This document shows positions 10,190-19,649 of a stretch of DNA of 64,000 nucleotides, piece after piece (within the stretch, counting starts at the first letter, position 1; every line of letters begins with the position of its first letter). The notes under the pieces are model-generated. The model had not been told where the DNA came from and made no database searches. It was given only the letters and a program-made list of their open reading frames with translations. The stretch lies in contig JBEPZY010000003.1 in the NCBI GenBank assembly GCA_041640595.1, positions 444,342 to 508,341 of the forward strand. Direction: 5' to 3'. This DNA is from Gemmatales bacterium (GTDB lineage: Bacteria; Planctomycetota; Planctomycetia; Gemmatales; HRBIN36). The position numbers were made by a program, and so were the translations under genes.

Positions 10190-12103
10190 TCAAGCGCTGC
10201 GGGTAGAATCGCCGCTTGAACGCCGATGGAGGATGAAGTGCCGGCCTGCGGACACCAATAAGGACAAACTCAGCCCGGCGACGCAGCTCCAGCAAAACCA
10301 GTCTCCCCAGCGAACGTAAATGGTCAGGCCGGCATATTGGGGGACATCGGCAACAAAGACGGCAGCGCACGCTTTACTGGCTCGCCAGTTCTCCTTCGGC
10401 AACGCCAGTATCGAACCGTCACCGTCAATCACCGCCGAAATGCCCATGTTGACGCTACGCACCAGGGCCCGGCGAGTTTCGGCCGCGCGGAAACGAGCAA
10501 TCGCCAGGTGTTGTTCATGTTCCTCCGAGCCGTGAAACCAGCCGTCGTTGCTCAGGTTCACGAAAAAATCGGGAGTCGTCTGGGCAAAAAACTGTCGGGG
10601 CAGGTGCGGTACCGTATCTTCGTAACAGATCAGCACGGCGAACCTGATGCCTCCTTTCGTGACCACCGCCAGGGGCTTCGCCTGGGTGCCAGGCAAGATG
10701 GAATACTCGTCGCTATAAGGCGACAACCATTCCATCCACGGAAAAATATCTCGCAGGGGGACGTATTCACCAAAAGGAATGCAATACATCTTGTCGTAAC
10801 GGCCGAGGACATTGCCCTGGCTATCCACGAGCAAGGCCGAATTGTACCGCACCAGCCGATACCGAATCGCACCCGGCTGGGATGGTGTTCCCGTATCATC
10901 CACGAAATAAAGTCGGGTGTTGACACCGTGCACCTGCGGAACCGGCAGCAGTCGAGCCAGTTCCCGAATCGTGGCTAACGTCTCCCTTTCTTCCTCCCGG
11001 ACCTTCTCGAACTTTTCCGGGGTGAACAAGTCCCAGGGACGAGCAACAGGCGTGTTCGTCGAAGCCGGGTCAGCGGTCACCTTCTCCACACGCACCCAGG
11101 TGTAGGGCATGGAGGTCTCCGGCCAGACCACCAGCTTTACCTGCGGGTCATGCCGCAAGTGTGCGTGAACCTGCATCACCAGCTCTTTGAACGAATCCAG
11201 AAACTTTTGCCACCGTTCCTCGGAGGGCTCATTGCGTATCTCCTGCGGTTCGTTGGGCTGAACAATGACAATGCGTGCCACGCCGAACGGTGGGAACCCC
11301 TTTTGCCAGTGCCGGGCCAGTAACGGATTCACAAGCAATAAGCCGACAGCCAGCAGGCTCCACCAGAACAGAGCACGATTCGACAGGGCTACCGTCGCCG
11401 TCATGGATGCCGGACAGCACTGACCGCGTCGGTGCCACCTTACGAGAAACTCGGCGATCACTGCGTTGACCAGCATGACCAGTGCGCTGATGCCGTAAGC
11501 TCCCGTTACCGGCACCAGTCCCAGATAGGGCAGGAGATGGTGCTGGGTATGCGCCAGAAAATACCAGGAAAATCCAATGTCGAGGCGGGCCCTTACGAAT
11601 TCGCAAACCGTCCAGACTAGCGGGGCAGCAAGCGGCAAAGGCCAACCTTGCCGGGTCACCAGCCAGCGCACACCGACTGCAAAAAGCCACCAGTGCAACG
11701 CCAGCAACAGAGCCAACCCGAACCAGGCGAAATACATGGTCGGATGGGCCAGCCGTACCCATTGCACGGCCAGCAGGCCGAACAGCATCCCACCGGCGAA
11801 ACTCGAAAGCAGTACACGACCACGCCCGATGCGAAGTAGCCACAACCACGGCACCAGTGCGAACCAGGCCAGCCAGCCCCAATCCGCAGGAAAATAAGCG
11901 AGCCAGAGCAGCAATCCGCTCAGTAAAGACAGCGGCCAGACTAACCGCTCACGCCAGCCCTGCGCTTGCGGTGGCGGGGAAGGATCCGTTGCCGGCGATT
12001 GCCAATTCGCTGGCCGGTCTGCCATTGCTGCATGGATACTGCCTGCTGTCTCTGAAGTATCCGTTACCTGAACGGGGCGAATATTGTCAGCGCTTTGGCT
12101 CAC
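10190..12103 (-). CDS. lnt: Apolipoprotein N-acyltransferase
   Basis: N-terminal TM helices; nitrilase triad motifs VWPET, YDKMYCIPFGEY and LICYED; SNDGWF. Confidence 0.92.
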   Translation of the reverse strand: MSQSADNIRPVQVTDTSETAGSIHAAMADRPANWQSPATDPSPPPQAQGWRERLVWPLSLLSGLLLWLAYFPADWGWLAWFALVPWLWLLRIGRGRVLLSSFAGGMLFGLLAVQWVRLAHPTMYFAWFGLALLLALHWWLFAVGVRWLVTRQGWPLPLAAPLVWTVCEFVRARLDIGFSWYFLAHTQHHLLPYLGLVPVTGAYGISALVMLVNAVIAEFLVRWHRRGQCCPASMTATVALSNRALFWWSLLAVGLLLVNPLLARHWQKGFPPFGVARIVIVQPNEPQEIRNEPSEERWQKFLDSFKELVMQVHAHLRHDPQVKLVVWPETSMPYTWVRVEKVTADPASTNTPVARPWDLFTPEKFEKVREEERETLATIRELARLLPVPQVHGVNTRLYFVDDTGTPSQPGAIRYRLVRYNSALLVDSQGNVLGRYDKMYCIPFGEYVPLRDIFPWMEWLSPYSDEYSILPGTQAKPLAVVTKGGIRFAVLICYEDTVPHLPRQFFAQTTPDFFVNLSNDGWFHGSEEHEQHLAIARFRAAETRRALVRSVNMGISAVIDGDGSILALPKENWRASKACAAVFVADVPQYAGLTIYVRWGDWFCWSCVAGLSLSLLVSAGRHFILHRRSSGDSTRSA

Positions 12104-13343
12104 GCAGACACCATAGATGTTTCCAGGTGCGGATCAACACGAGATCATCCACGATGACCGGCGTGGCGTGGGTGGTTTCGCCATCGAGTTCATTTTTCGC
12201 CAGCAATTCAAACTTCGGGCTTGCCGCTACCACGTAGGTTACGCCGCGCTTGTCGGTCATGTACAATCGTCCGGCAGCATAGACGGCACTGCCCCAGAAA
12301 GGTTCACCAAGCCGTTCAGTCCACAGCACCTTGCCACTGCGCCATTCTAAGCAATGCAACGAGCCCGGGCTGGCATTGGGTTGGAAGAAATAGTCGCCGA
12401 CGAGCACGCCGCTACCGATCCGCTGAGGATTACGCTGCTCGGTTCGCCAGAGGCGATTGGCAGTGATATTGCCCTGCCCTTCCGGCCGAACCGCCAGTGC
12501 CGGGCCACCGTAGCCGCAACTGACCACCACCACTTCGGGCGAAACCACCGGCGAGGTGTAAACCAGCTTCCCCAACCCTTCGCAGCGCCAGACTTCCTTG
12601 CCGGTTCTGGGTTCGTAGGCGGCGAGGAAGTCCGGCCAGGCAGCAATAACCAGCACGCGATCGTCCGTTTTCAAGATTGCCGGCGTGGCCCAGGAACCAA
12701 GCCAATCGGAAGGTTTCTCGCCATATTTTCCACCGGGAATATCCACTTTCCACACCTCTTTGCCGTCGGTCAGGCTCAACGCTACCAGGAACGTGCGTTC
12801 TCCCGGACCACAATTGAGAAACACCAGGTCGTCGTGAATGACCGGGGAGGCGGCGTTGCCCCAAATCTGATGAATTTTTCCGGTGTCGTAACGCCAGAGA
12901 AGTTTCCCCGCGAAGTCGTAACAATAAACCCCCGCGGAGCCAAACGAAACGACCACGCGCTTCCCATCCGTAGCCGGAGTTGCAGAGCAGTACGGATTGT
13001 CGCGGTGAGTAGGCTCCTTATCCGGATATTGCACCACCTGCCGCCACAATTCCTTGCCGGTGTTGCGGTCGAGGCAAAGCAGGGCGCGTTGATGGCCGTC
13101 AGCGTCGAGCGATTGCGGCAGGAAAATACGGTCCTGCCAGACAACCGGAGTGGCATTGCCAGGCCCCGGCAGTTCGACCTTCCAGGCGACATTTTCCTTG
13201 ACCGACCAGCGCAACGGTGGCCGGGCATTGGCAGGCACGTGGCCATTTCCATAGGGGCCACGAAAGCTCGGCCAGTTGGCCTGGCTCACCGTCAGTGCAC
13301 AGACAAAGCTCACCGCAGTAAATGTGGCGTAGCGCAGCGTCAT
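12087..13343 (-). CDS. Secreted PQQ-like beta-propeller protein
   Basis: Signal peptide; NWPSFRGP and propeller repeats. Confidence 0.85.
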   Translation of the reverse strand: MTLRYATFTAVSFVCALTVSQANWPSFRGPYGNGHVPANARPPLRWSVKENVAWKVELPGPGNATPVVWQDRIFLPQSLDADGHQRALLCLDRNTGKELWRQVVQYPDKEPTHRDNPYCSATPATDGKRVVVSFGSAGVYCYDFAGKLLWRYDTGKIHQIWGNAASPVIHDDLVFLNCGPGERTFLVALSLTDGKEVWKVDIPGGKYGEKPSDWLGSWATPAILKTDDRVLVIAAWPDFLAAYEPRTGKEVWRCEGLGKLVYTSPVVSPEVVVVSCGYGGPALAVRPEGQGNITANRLWRTEQRNPQRIGSGVLVGDYFFQPNASPGSLHCLEWRSGKVLWTERLGEPFWGSAVYAAGRLYMTDKRGVTYVVAASPKFELLAKNELDGETTHATPVIVDDLVLIRTWKHLWCLREPKR

Positions 13344-13441
13344 GGCAGGCTCCTTTTGCGGGACAGGAGGGAATGGCCTTGCTTGGATGGCAGGAAGGTG
13401 CCCCTCATCCGAGCGGAATTTCCAGGAGCGGTGGGCGGTAT

Positions 13442-13545
13442 TCCGCAGTGGGTCACGGTATCGGTCATCAGGTGGGCAAGTGGCCCATCAAACCACTTCC
13501 CTTCGATCGCGGCGGTCTGCTGTGGATTGCGGTATCGGTCATCAG
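13442..13545. repeat. Direct-repeat doublet A (30 bp, 25/30 identical, 44-bp insert)
   Basis: 13442-13471 versus 13516-13545, sharing an exact CGGTATCGGTCATCAG. Confidence 0.65.
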
Positions 13546-13644
13546 TCCGCCGGGCATCGCTGAAAAGTGACGGGCGTCAGCTCGTCGGGGAATCCCCGAA
13601 TCGGAGAGTGTCCGCCCGGCATGGGTTAGCGGGTGCACGGTGGG

Positions 13645-14298
13645 TCAAGATTTTTTCGCGTCCAGTTCGGAGGCGGGATGAATTTGCTCTGTGGGCATCT
13701 GTGTGCGTCCCCAGGCGAACCAGGCGTTTTCGATAGCGCGGCGAAATTGCTCGTACTCTTTCACGCCGCGCAGCACCAACACTTCCTGGCTCTGGGAGCG
13801 AATTTCGAGGTCGGCCGCCTGATAGAATTCCTGTTCCGAGCCGGGCACCACCTGCACGGCCAGGCGCGGAAAATCGCCGCCCGGTTCGGTGGCGATATCC
13901 CTTAAGGCCAGTTCCCGTACCGGCCGACCCGACCAGCCTTTCAGAATGCGAATGGCTCGATTGGTCAGGACGTAGCGCGTGGCCGTTACAGGCATGATCC
14001 GCAGAAAGAAAAACGGCGCCAGCAACAACCAGGCCAGCAAAGCCATGACCGTCGCGATCGGAAGTGCCACCAGCATGGCAATGATGCTCAGCCCGGTCGG
14101 TAACCGTAAGGCCGAGCGAATCACCTGCCGCGCTGCCAGCTGGATGCTAGCGCCGAGCCGCGCCGGCGCTCCCCCCAGATAAGCCGTAACCGACGGCCAG
14201 CGTTCCGCCAGTTTCGCCTCGGCAATCTCCGGCTGTATGTTCCCCAGAATCGCCTCCGTTCGCATGTCCCGAACCTGGGGTCGGTTGCCTGGCGTCAT
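13645..14298 (-). CDS. Membrane protein with a bacterial PH-like domain
   Basis: TM hairpin followed by a TRYVLTNRAIRI..G motif. Confidence 0.6.
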   Translation of the reverse strand: MTPGNRPQVRDMRTEAILGNIQPEIAEAKLAERWPSVTAYLGGAPARLGASIQLAARQVIRSALRLPTGLSIIAMLVALPIATVMALLAWLLLAPFFFLRIMPVTATRYVLTNRAIRILKGWSGRPVRELALRDIATEPGGDFPRLAVQVVPGSEQEFYQAADLEIRSQSQEVLVLRGVKEYEQFRRAIENAWFAWGRTQMPTEQIHPASELDAKKS

Positions 14299-14441
14299 AT
14301 CGCAATTTCTCCTCGGTTCTTGCCGGCTAATGCGAGCATGTGGTTCGTGGCTATTCAGGCAAACGAAAATGTTGCAGCGTGCATCCGCATGGATTTCCCA
14401 AAATTATCGCAAAACACAAAGCCAGGGCAAGCGCCAGTATG

Positions 14442-15959
14442 TCAACGTATTTTGCGGATTGCCGATCGGCCGTACAGGGCGTACCAGGCGTGCAGCGCGA
14501 GCAACTGCATGACAAACACCAGTCCGAACAAACAGGTTACGAGGAGATTCGCCACCAGTAAAACACTCCGGTCGGGAACCAGCCCTCCCATGGTGTAGTC
14601 GCTGCTCACCAGGCCGAGCAGGTGGCCGAGCATGAGCAACAATCCAGCCCCACTCAAACAGGCGCTGCCCCAGATGGCCCACAACCGATGCCCCGAAACA
14701 AAGATTCCCAGCGCCAGTCCCGGCAAGTAGCCGCCACAGAGCCACGTCAGAATATGGAGGAGCAGGGACTGGTATTGCGGCGGCTCCAAAACTTCGGTGG
14801 CCAGCAGCAGAAGGCCCAGCAAACACCACAAAATAAACGCCCCGCTGACCAGGGTCATCACCAGAGCGGCGTCGTGCATTCGGGCTGGATGACGCAGCCA
14901 CAAACGGAAACGGTAAGCCATTTCCTGAACCGGCACCTGCACCGCTTCGCCGGCGAGAAAACGTTGCAGGTCGCCGGCCAACGCTGCTGCCGAACTGTAG
15001 CGATCGCCTGGCGACAGATGCAGACACTTCTGGCAGATGGCCACCAGTCCAGCCGGTGCTTGCGGGTTGAGCTGGCCGATGGGCACAATCGCACCGCTTC
15101 GCACCGCCTCAAAAACTTGTGCCAGGCTGCCACCGGAAACCGGCGGCTGACCCGTCAGCAGCTGGTATAAAATCGTTCCCAGCCCATACACATCCGTCCA
15201 GACGCCCAACGTCCCGCCTGCCCAGGTTTGTTCAGGGGCCATGTAAGGCGGCGTACCCGCCAGTTCGGGTGGATTATCGGAAAATCCCTGCAACCGGGCC
15301 AGACCGAAATCGGCAATCTTGGGCCGGCCGTCAGCAGTCAACAATACGTTCCCGGGTTTCAAATCCAGATGCAGCACTCCCGCTTCGTGAGCATACTGCA
15401 CTGCCTGAGCCAGGGCGAGCATGATCCGGGCTATTGCAGTGAAATCCAGAGCTGCTTCCTGTGCCAGGCGCTGGCTCAACGTTCCGCCATCCACATATTC
15501 CAGCACTAGGCACAGCCGATTCTCATATTCCAGCACGTGATACAGCTGGACGACGTTGGGATGTTGCAACCGCGCGGTGGCCTGAACTTCGGCGAGCATG
15601 TTTGTCACCGCAACGCCGGCGCGGGGCTGACGCAGTAATTTGAGCGCCACGCGGCGTCGCATATCGCCATGCCAACCCAGATACACGGCCGACATTCCGC
15701 CCTTGCCCAGTCGGGCAGCGACCCGGTATTCGCCTATGAACAACGGATCGACGGCACCTTCCTGGGGCACCGCACCCGGTTCCGAGACCTCCCTCGCTTC
15801 CGCCTCAGCGTCCGCAAAGAACGGCACGGTGGCTTCCTGTGGCGGCAAAACTTGTTCCGCGGCCATCGGCACACCAGCGTCGCCACGAACTGGCCCAGTC
15901 CCTTCCGGCAAGCCAGACCGGTTCGCTTCTGGTTGATCAGACGAAGCGGCAGCATTCAT
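14442..15959 (-). CDS. Hanks-type Ser/Thr protein kinase with C-terminal TM helices
   Basis: GKGGMSAVY, VALK, HLDLKPGNVL, DFGLA and GTPPYMAPEQ; start codon uncertain. Confidence 0.9.
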   Translation of the reverse strand: MNAAASSDQPEANRSGLPEGTGPVRGDAGVPMAAEQVLPPQEATVPFFADAEAEAREVSEPGAVPQEGAVDPLFIGEYRVAARLGKGGMSAVYLGWHGDMRRRVALKLLRQPRAGVAVTNMLAEVQATARLQHPNVVQLYHVLEYENRLCLVLEYVDGGTLSQRLAQEAALDFTAIARIMLALAQAVQYAHEAGVLHLDLKPGNVLLTADGRPKIADFGLARLQGFSDNPPELAGTPPYMAPEQTWAGGTLGVWTDVYGLGTILYQLLTGQPPVSGGSLAQVFEAVRSGAIVPIGQLNPQAPAGLVAICQKCLHLSPGDRYSSAAALAGDLQRFLAGEAVQVPVQEMAYRFRLWLRHPARMHDAALVMTLVSGAFILWCLLGLLLLATEVLEPPQYQSLLLHILTWLCGGYLPGLALGIFVSGHRLWAIWGSACLSGAGLLLMLGHLLGLVSSDYTMGGLVPDRSVLLVANLLVTCLFGLVFVMQLLALHAWYALYGRSAIRKIR

Positions 15960-16484
15960 AGCGGCAATTCCCCGGTAAGCCACGCAATTGCATTTGCCAA
16001 CCAGGTGCAAAGTTTCGGCACCCGGCGCCGGAACGAAGGGCGCAAATAGTGGATGGCCTCTCGCAGAAACCATACCACCAGCGCAGCGGGCAAATGGAAT
16101 GCGAACACCACTGCTAACCCGACGGCCCGATCGGTTACGAAAACTCTCAGCCACTCGCAACTCGGTGGCCAATGGAGTTCGGGGCATGTTTCCCGGTGGC
16201 CGATCCTGGCCATGATAAGGACTCGTTTTGAGCCGGCAGGCTGACGCTCGCCGTCTCCGGTTGGATCGCCCCGATTCCTGCCCTCACCGCCATTCTTTCA
16301 GGAGCCGTCCCAGGCACTCGCCCCTACTCGTTGTATTTTACGCATAGAACTCCGAATTGTGGCAAAACCGATGCAGGCTGTGCACGGGACAGTCTCAGTA
16401 CGCCGGCTTAGCAACGGCGGCTCAATGTTTGGAGTCCCTGGTTACCGTGGCGGAAGACCGCATGGGCGGTGGCAAGCGTGCTGA

Positions 16485-17729
16485 TTATGCCGCCTGCCGA
16501 TCTGACTCCCACGCAGCCAGAGGCAAATCCGGCAGCACCTGCCGCAAAAAGGCGACTATTTCTCTCCGGAAATGTGTCCGATCGAAACGCAGCGCGTTCT
16601 GGCGGCAGGCTTCGGGGCGAAAGAGTTGGCTTTCCCGTTCAAAGCGCAAAATCGCATCGACTAACGATTCTACGGAGGCCTGGTGGAACCACAAGCCGGT
16701 TGGTCGCGAGCTGTGTTCGGGCGGGATCACTGTCTCGGTGGCCCCACCTTTTCCCAGGGCAATGACCGGCGTGCCGCACGCTTGCGCCTCCACGGGAACG
16801 ATGCCGAAATCTTCCTCGCCCGGAAAAATCAAAGCGCGGCACCGCTGCAGATGTTCGCGTACCAGGCTGTCCGGCAGCCAGCCGGCGAAATGCACTGTCG
16901 GCCCGGCCAGTTCTCGCAGCCGCCGCTCCTCGCTACCGCTGCCGATAACCAGCAAATGCCGGCCTAATTGCGTGCAGGCTTGCACTGCCAGATCCACACG
17001 CTTATACGGCACCAGCGCTGATACCACCAGGTAATACTCACGCCGCGACACCGAAGCGGGTCGGAAAAAATCGGTATCCACTGGCGGATAGATGACCTGG
17101 CTTTCGCGGCCGTAACACTCGCGGATGCGCTGTTGCACGGTGCGACTGTTGGCCAGGAAATAATCCACCTGTTCAGCGGTTCGCCGATCCCAGTCCTGCA
17201 GCAGGTCCAGTACATGCTCGCGCAGTCGAAAAAGCCAGCGCGGCATTTTGACCGCCGACCGATGGAACCCGCCCGCCTGAGATTCTCTGAACACATCGTG
17301 TCGGTGTCTCGGCGTGGTGGCAGCACTTGCTTCGCTGCTTTCGATCTCAGGAAAATACTCCCGCCGTAAATGCCAGACATAGCGCATCGGCGTATGGCAA
17401 TAACAAACATGCACCGCTTTCGGAGAAATGGCGGCAGCTTTGGCGACCGCGTGGCTGGAACTGATCACCAGGTCGTAACCACCCACCCGCAGCGTCCGCA
17501 CTGCCAGCGGCAACAGCGGTAATAACCAGCGATAATAGCGTTCCACCTTCGGCAGATAGCCGAGCCAGCTTTTCCGAATATGACGCTGTTCGATGATCGG
17601 CACGGTGCTGCCAGGACGATAAAACAGCGTAAACAGGTCGGCCTGGGGAAAGAGTCGGCACAACTCTGCCAGCACCCGTTCGCCACCGCGGTAACTCACC
17701 AGCCAGTCATGCACCAGAGCGATTCGCAC
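16485..17729 (-). CDS. Glycosyltransferase family 4
   Basis: MRIALVHDWL...GGERVL and EDFGIVPVEAQACG; GGAGG RBS. Confidence 0.9.
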   Translation of the reverse strand: MRIALVHDWLVSYRGGERVLAELCRLFPQADLFTLFYRPGSTVPIIEQRHIRKSWLGYLPKVERYYRWLLPLLPLAVRTLRVGGYDLVISSSHAVAKAAAISPKAVHVCYCHTPMRYVWHLRREYFPEIESSEASAATTPRHRHDVFRESQAGGFHRSAVKMPRWLFRLREHVLDLLQDWDRRTAEQVDYFLANSRTVQQRIRECYGRESQVIYPPVDTDFFRPASVSRREYYLVVSALVPYKRVDLAVQACTQLGRHLLVIGSGSEERRLRELAGPTVHFAGWLPDSLVREHLQRCRALIFPGEEDFGIVPVEAQACGTPVIALGKGGATETVIPPEHSSRPTGLWFHQASVESLVDAILRFERESQLFRPEACRQNALRFDRTHFRREIVAFLRQVLPDLPLAAWESDRQAA

Positions 17730-17830
17730 CGTTCAGTCGCCTCCCTGCGACTTCTGCCGGGCCGGCTTACCTGCTGCCGCGCTTTCGGGCTGGCCAGACG
17801 CCGCCCGGACCTCTGAAAGCGACGGAGCAT

Positions 17831-18148
17831 TCAATTGAGCGACGGCTCACCGCGAATGCCCCCTTCTCCGGTCAGGCGTACCCCATCACCGCGAATGCCC
17901 AGTTCCTGCAACCACTTGCGCAGGCCCTCCAGACTGATCGGTTCGCGGGGTGGCTGACGCAGATACGGATGGCTTTCCGTTTGCACAAAAACATACAGTT
18001 GCAAATCCGCCCGATATTCCACCTCATAGGTGCGCTGGAGGCTAAAACCGGCCCGTTTGAGACGGTAGGCAATCCAGGCACGCCGGCGTTCGGGGGGAAT
18101 GCGATCCAGCATCGCTTGCGTAATCACACAACGTTTCATCACCCTCAT
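17831..18148 (-). CDS. Hypothetical protein
   Basis: Plausible composition, co-oriented with the GT4 gene; no recognisable motif. Confidence 0.45.
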   Translation of the reverse strand: MRVMKRCVITQAMLDRIPPERRRAWIAYRLKRAGFSLQRTYEVEYRADLQLYVFVQTESHPYLRQPPREPISLEGLRKWLQELGIRGDGVRLTGEGGIRGEPSLN

Positions 18149-18246
18149 TGTAAACCCCGGGCCGGCTTCCTTCAACCTCGCTCGATTGTCCTCGTTCGGG
18201 TCGGCCGGAATGGCGGGATAACGTTACGCCGACGGTACACGGAGCT

Positions 18247-18342
18247 GTCCCCGTATCGCTAATGCTGCACGGCGAAGTTGGTGTCTATCTCCGACCACAG
18301 TTGGCACACGAGTCCCAGCATCGCTAATGCTGCACGACGAAG
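18247..18342. repeat. Direct-repeat doublet B (31 bp, 28/31 identical, 34-bp insert)
   Basis: GTCCCCGTATCGCTAATGCTGCACGGCGAAG versus GTCCCAGCATCGCTAATGCTGCACGACGAAG. Confidence 0.85.
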
Positions 18343-18556
18343 CCTTCAGCATTTCCCAGCGCACCCGCTCTCCGAAACATTCGTCCAGAGATTGTGCGCG
18401 AGACCCTGCCGCGTTCACGAGCACTATCTCGACATCCGCACAGCTCCGGATTAGACTGAACTGCGGGTGAACAACTACCGACTACGGAGCAATTGCAAGG
18501 CGGGGGATTCTGGTGTCGGCATTCTCTTCCACGTCCAGGTCGGGGAGGTCTGAGCC

Positions 18557-18991
18557 ATGTCACGGTTCCTCGATTTCCTCGCTTTTTGCTGTCTGACCCT
18601 GGGACTGACGAGCTTCGCACTGGCTGGTTATTACTTTGTGCGTGACCTCGATCAGCCGGGAGCCTATCTGGAACAGGAGCAAATCGAGCTGGGTGAGGTG
18701 CCGCCCGACAAAACTGTAACGGTCTATGTTGCGGTCGTGAACCCGACCTGGCACACGGTGCGACTGGTGGGCATCGGCCACTGCTGAAACCTCAATTGCC
18801 GCTTCCGGGCGAAGCATCTCGACCTCGCGACGATTTATCCAGGTCAGCGGCTCATCCTGCCCTGTGTCGTCAAAACCGGCGTGGCAGGACACGAATTCGC
18901 TGGTCAGATTCACCTCTGGTTAGACGACTACGGCCTGCGTGAACTGGTCGTCCATGTGAAGGGTCAGGTGGTCGCCAACCGCAGCAACTAA
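18557..18991 (+). CDS. DUF1573-like Ig-fold membrane-anchored protein with an in-frame TGA at 18785-18787 (candidate selenoprotein; otherwise a pseudogene)
   Basis: GGAGG RBS; the frame continues for 67 codons past TGA to TAA; DUF1573-like pattern on both sides (LGEV...VVNP..TVRLVG..HC*NLNC...IYPGQ...G.FAGQIHLW...LVVHVKGQV). Confidence 0.65.
18801..18815 (+). promoter_or_regulatory. Candidate bacterial SECIS hairpin
   Basis: GCTTC-CGGGC-GAAGC; the loop G lies 20 nt downstream of the UGA. Confidence 0.45.
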
Positions 18992-19222
18992 CCCGCAACA
19001 ACGTTTACCACTTCCCTGATTGCCGCTCTGGGTGGGACATACGCCCGACGTCGGTTGCGGCTTGTCCTTGCATGCTCCAGCTTCCGAAAAACGGAACCCA
19101 GAAGCCGAATCGGTGTTTATGAGGTTAAGGCACGCACAGAGCCGAAACGAACTCAATAGGTGTGCTGGTGCTGGCTAGGCAAACAACCAGCCGGCACCGT
19201 AACCGCAAACAAGGAGCTGGCC

Positions 19223-19528
19223 ATGAAGCGATTGCTGACGGCAGTAGTGGCGGCAACCATCGCCATAAGTTGCCCTCTCTGGGCAGCAGATGCTAACAAA
19301 AAGCCGGCGAAAAAGGCCAACAAACTGGAGCAGGTTTTCAAAAAGCTCGACACCAATAACGATGGCAAACTCTCCCTCGACGAGTTTCGCAAAATTGTGG
19401 ACTATCGCCCCAAGCTCAAAGAAAAAGCAGCCAAGCTGGATAAGCGATTCACCAAGCTCGATAAAAACGGCGACGGCTCGGTGAGTCTGGACGAATTCAA
19501 GGCTGGCGGCAAGAAGAAAACGAGCTAA
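19223..19528 (+). CDS. Secreted EF-hand protein
   Basis: AAGGAG RBS; signal peptide; DTNNDGKLSLDEF and DKNGDGSVSLDEF loops. Confidence 0.9.
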   Translation: MKRLLTAVVAATIAISCPLWAADANKKPAKKANKLEQVFKKLDTNNDGKLSLDEFRKIVDYRPKLKEKAAKLDKRFTKLDKNGDGSVSLDEFKAGGKKKTS

Positions 19529-19649
19529 CCTGCCGACCGACGGCGAAGCGCCGCACAGGGCTAATAATTGTCTGCCTGCGTTCGGGTCTGCGGCGTAAAG
19601 CAGGAACGCTTTGTCGAATAGCGATGCAACTTGCACGCCATGCAACTGG

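Noticed and set aside
15751..15843. Weak in-frame doublets in the kinase N-terminus (period 75), the PEP enzyme (about 8868/8931) and waaA (about 48874/48941)
   Set aside because: The matches are too short or degenerate to distinguish from chance by eye
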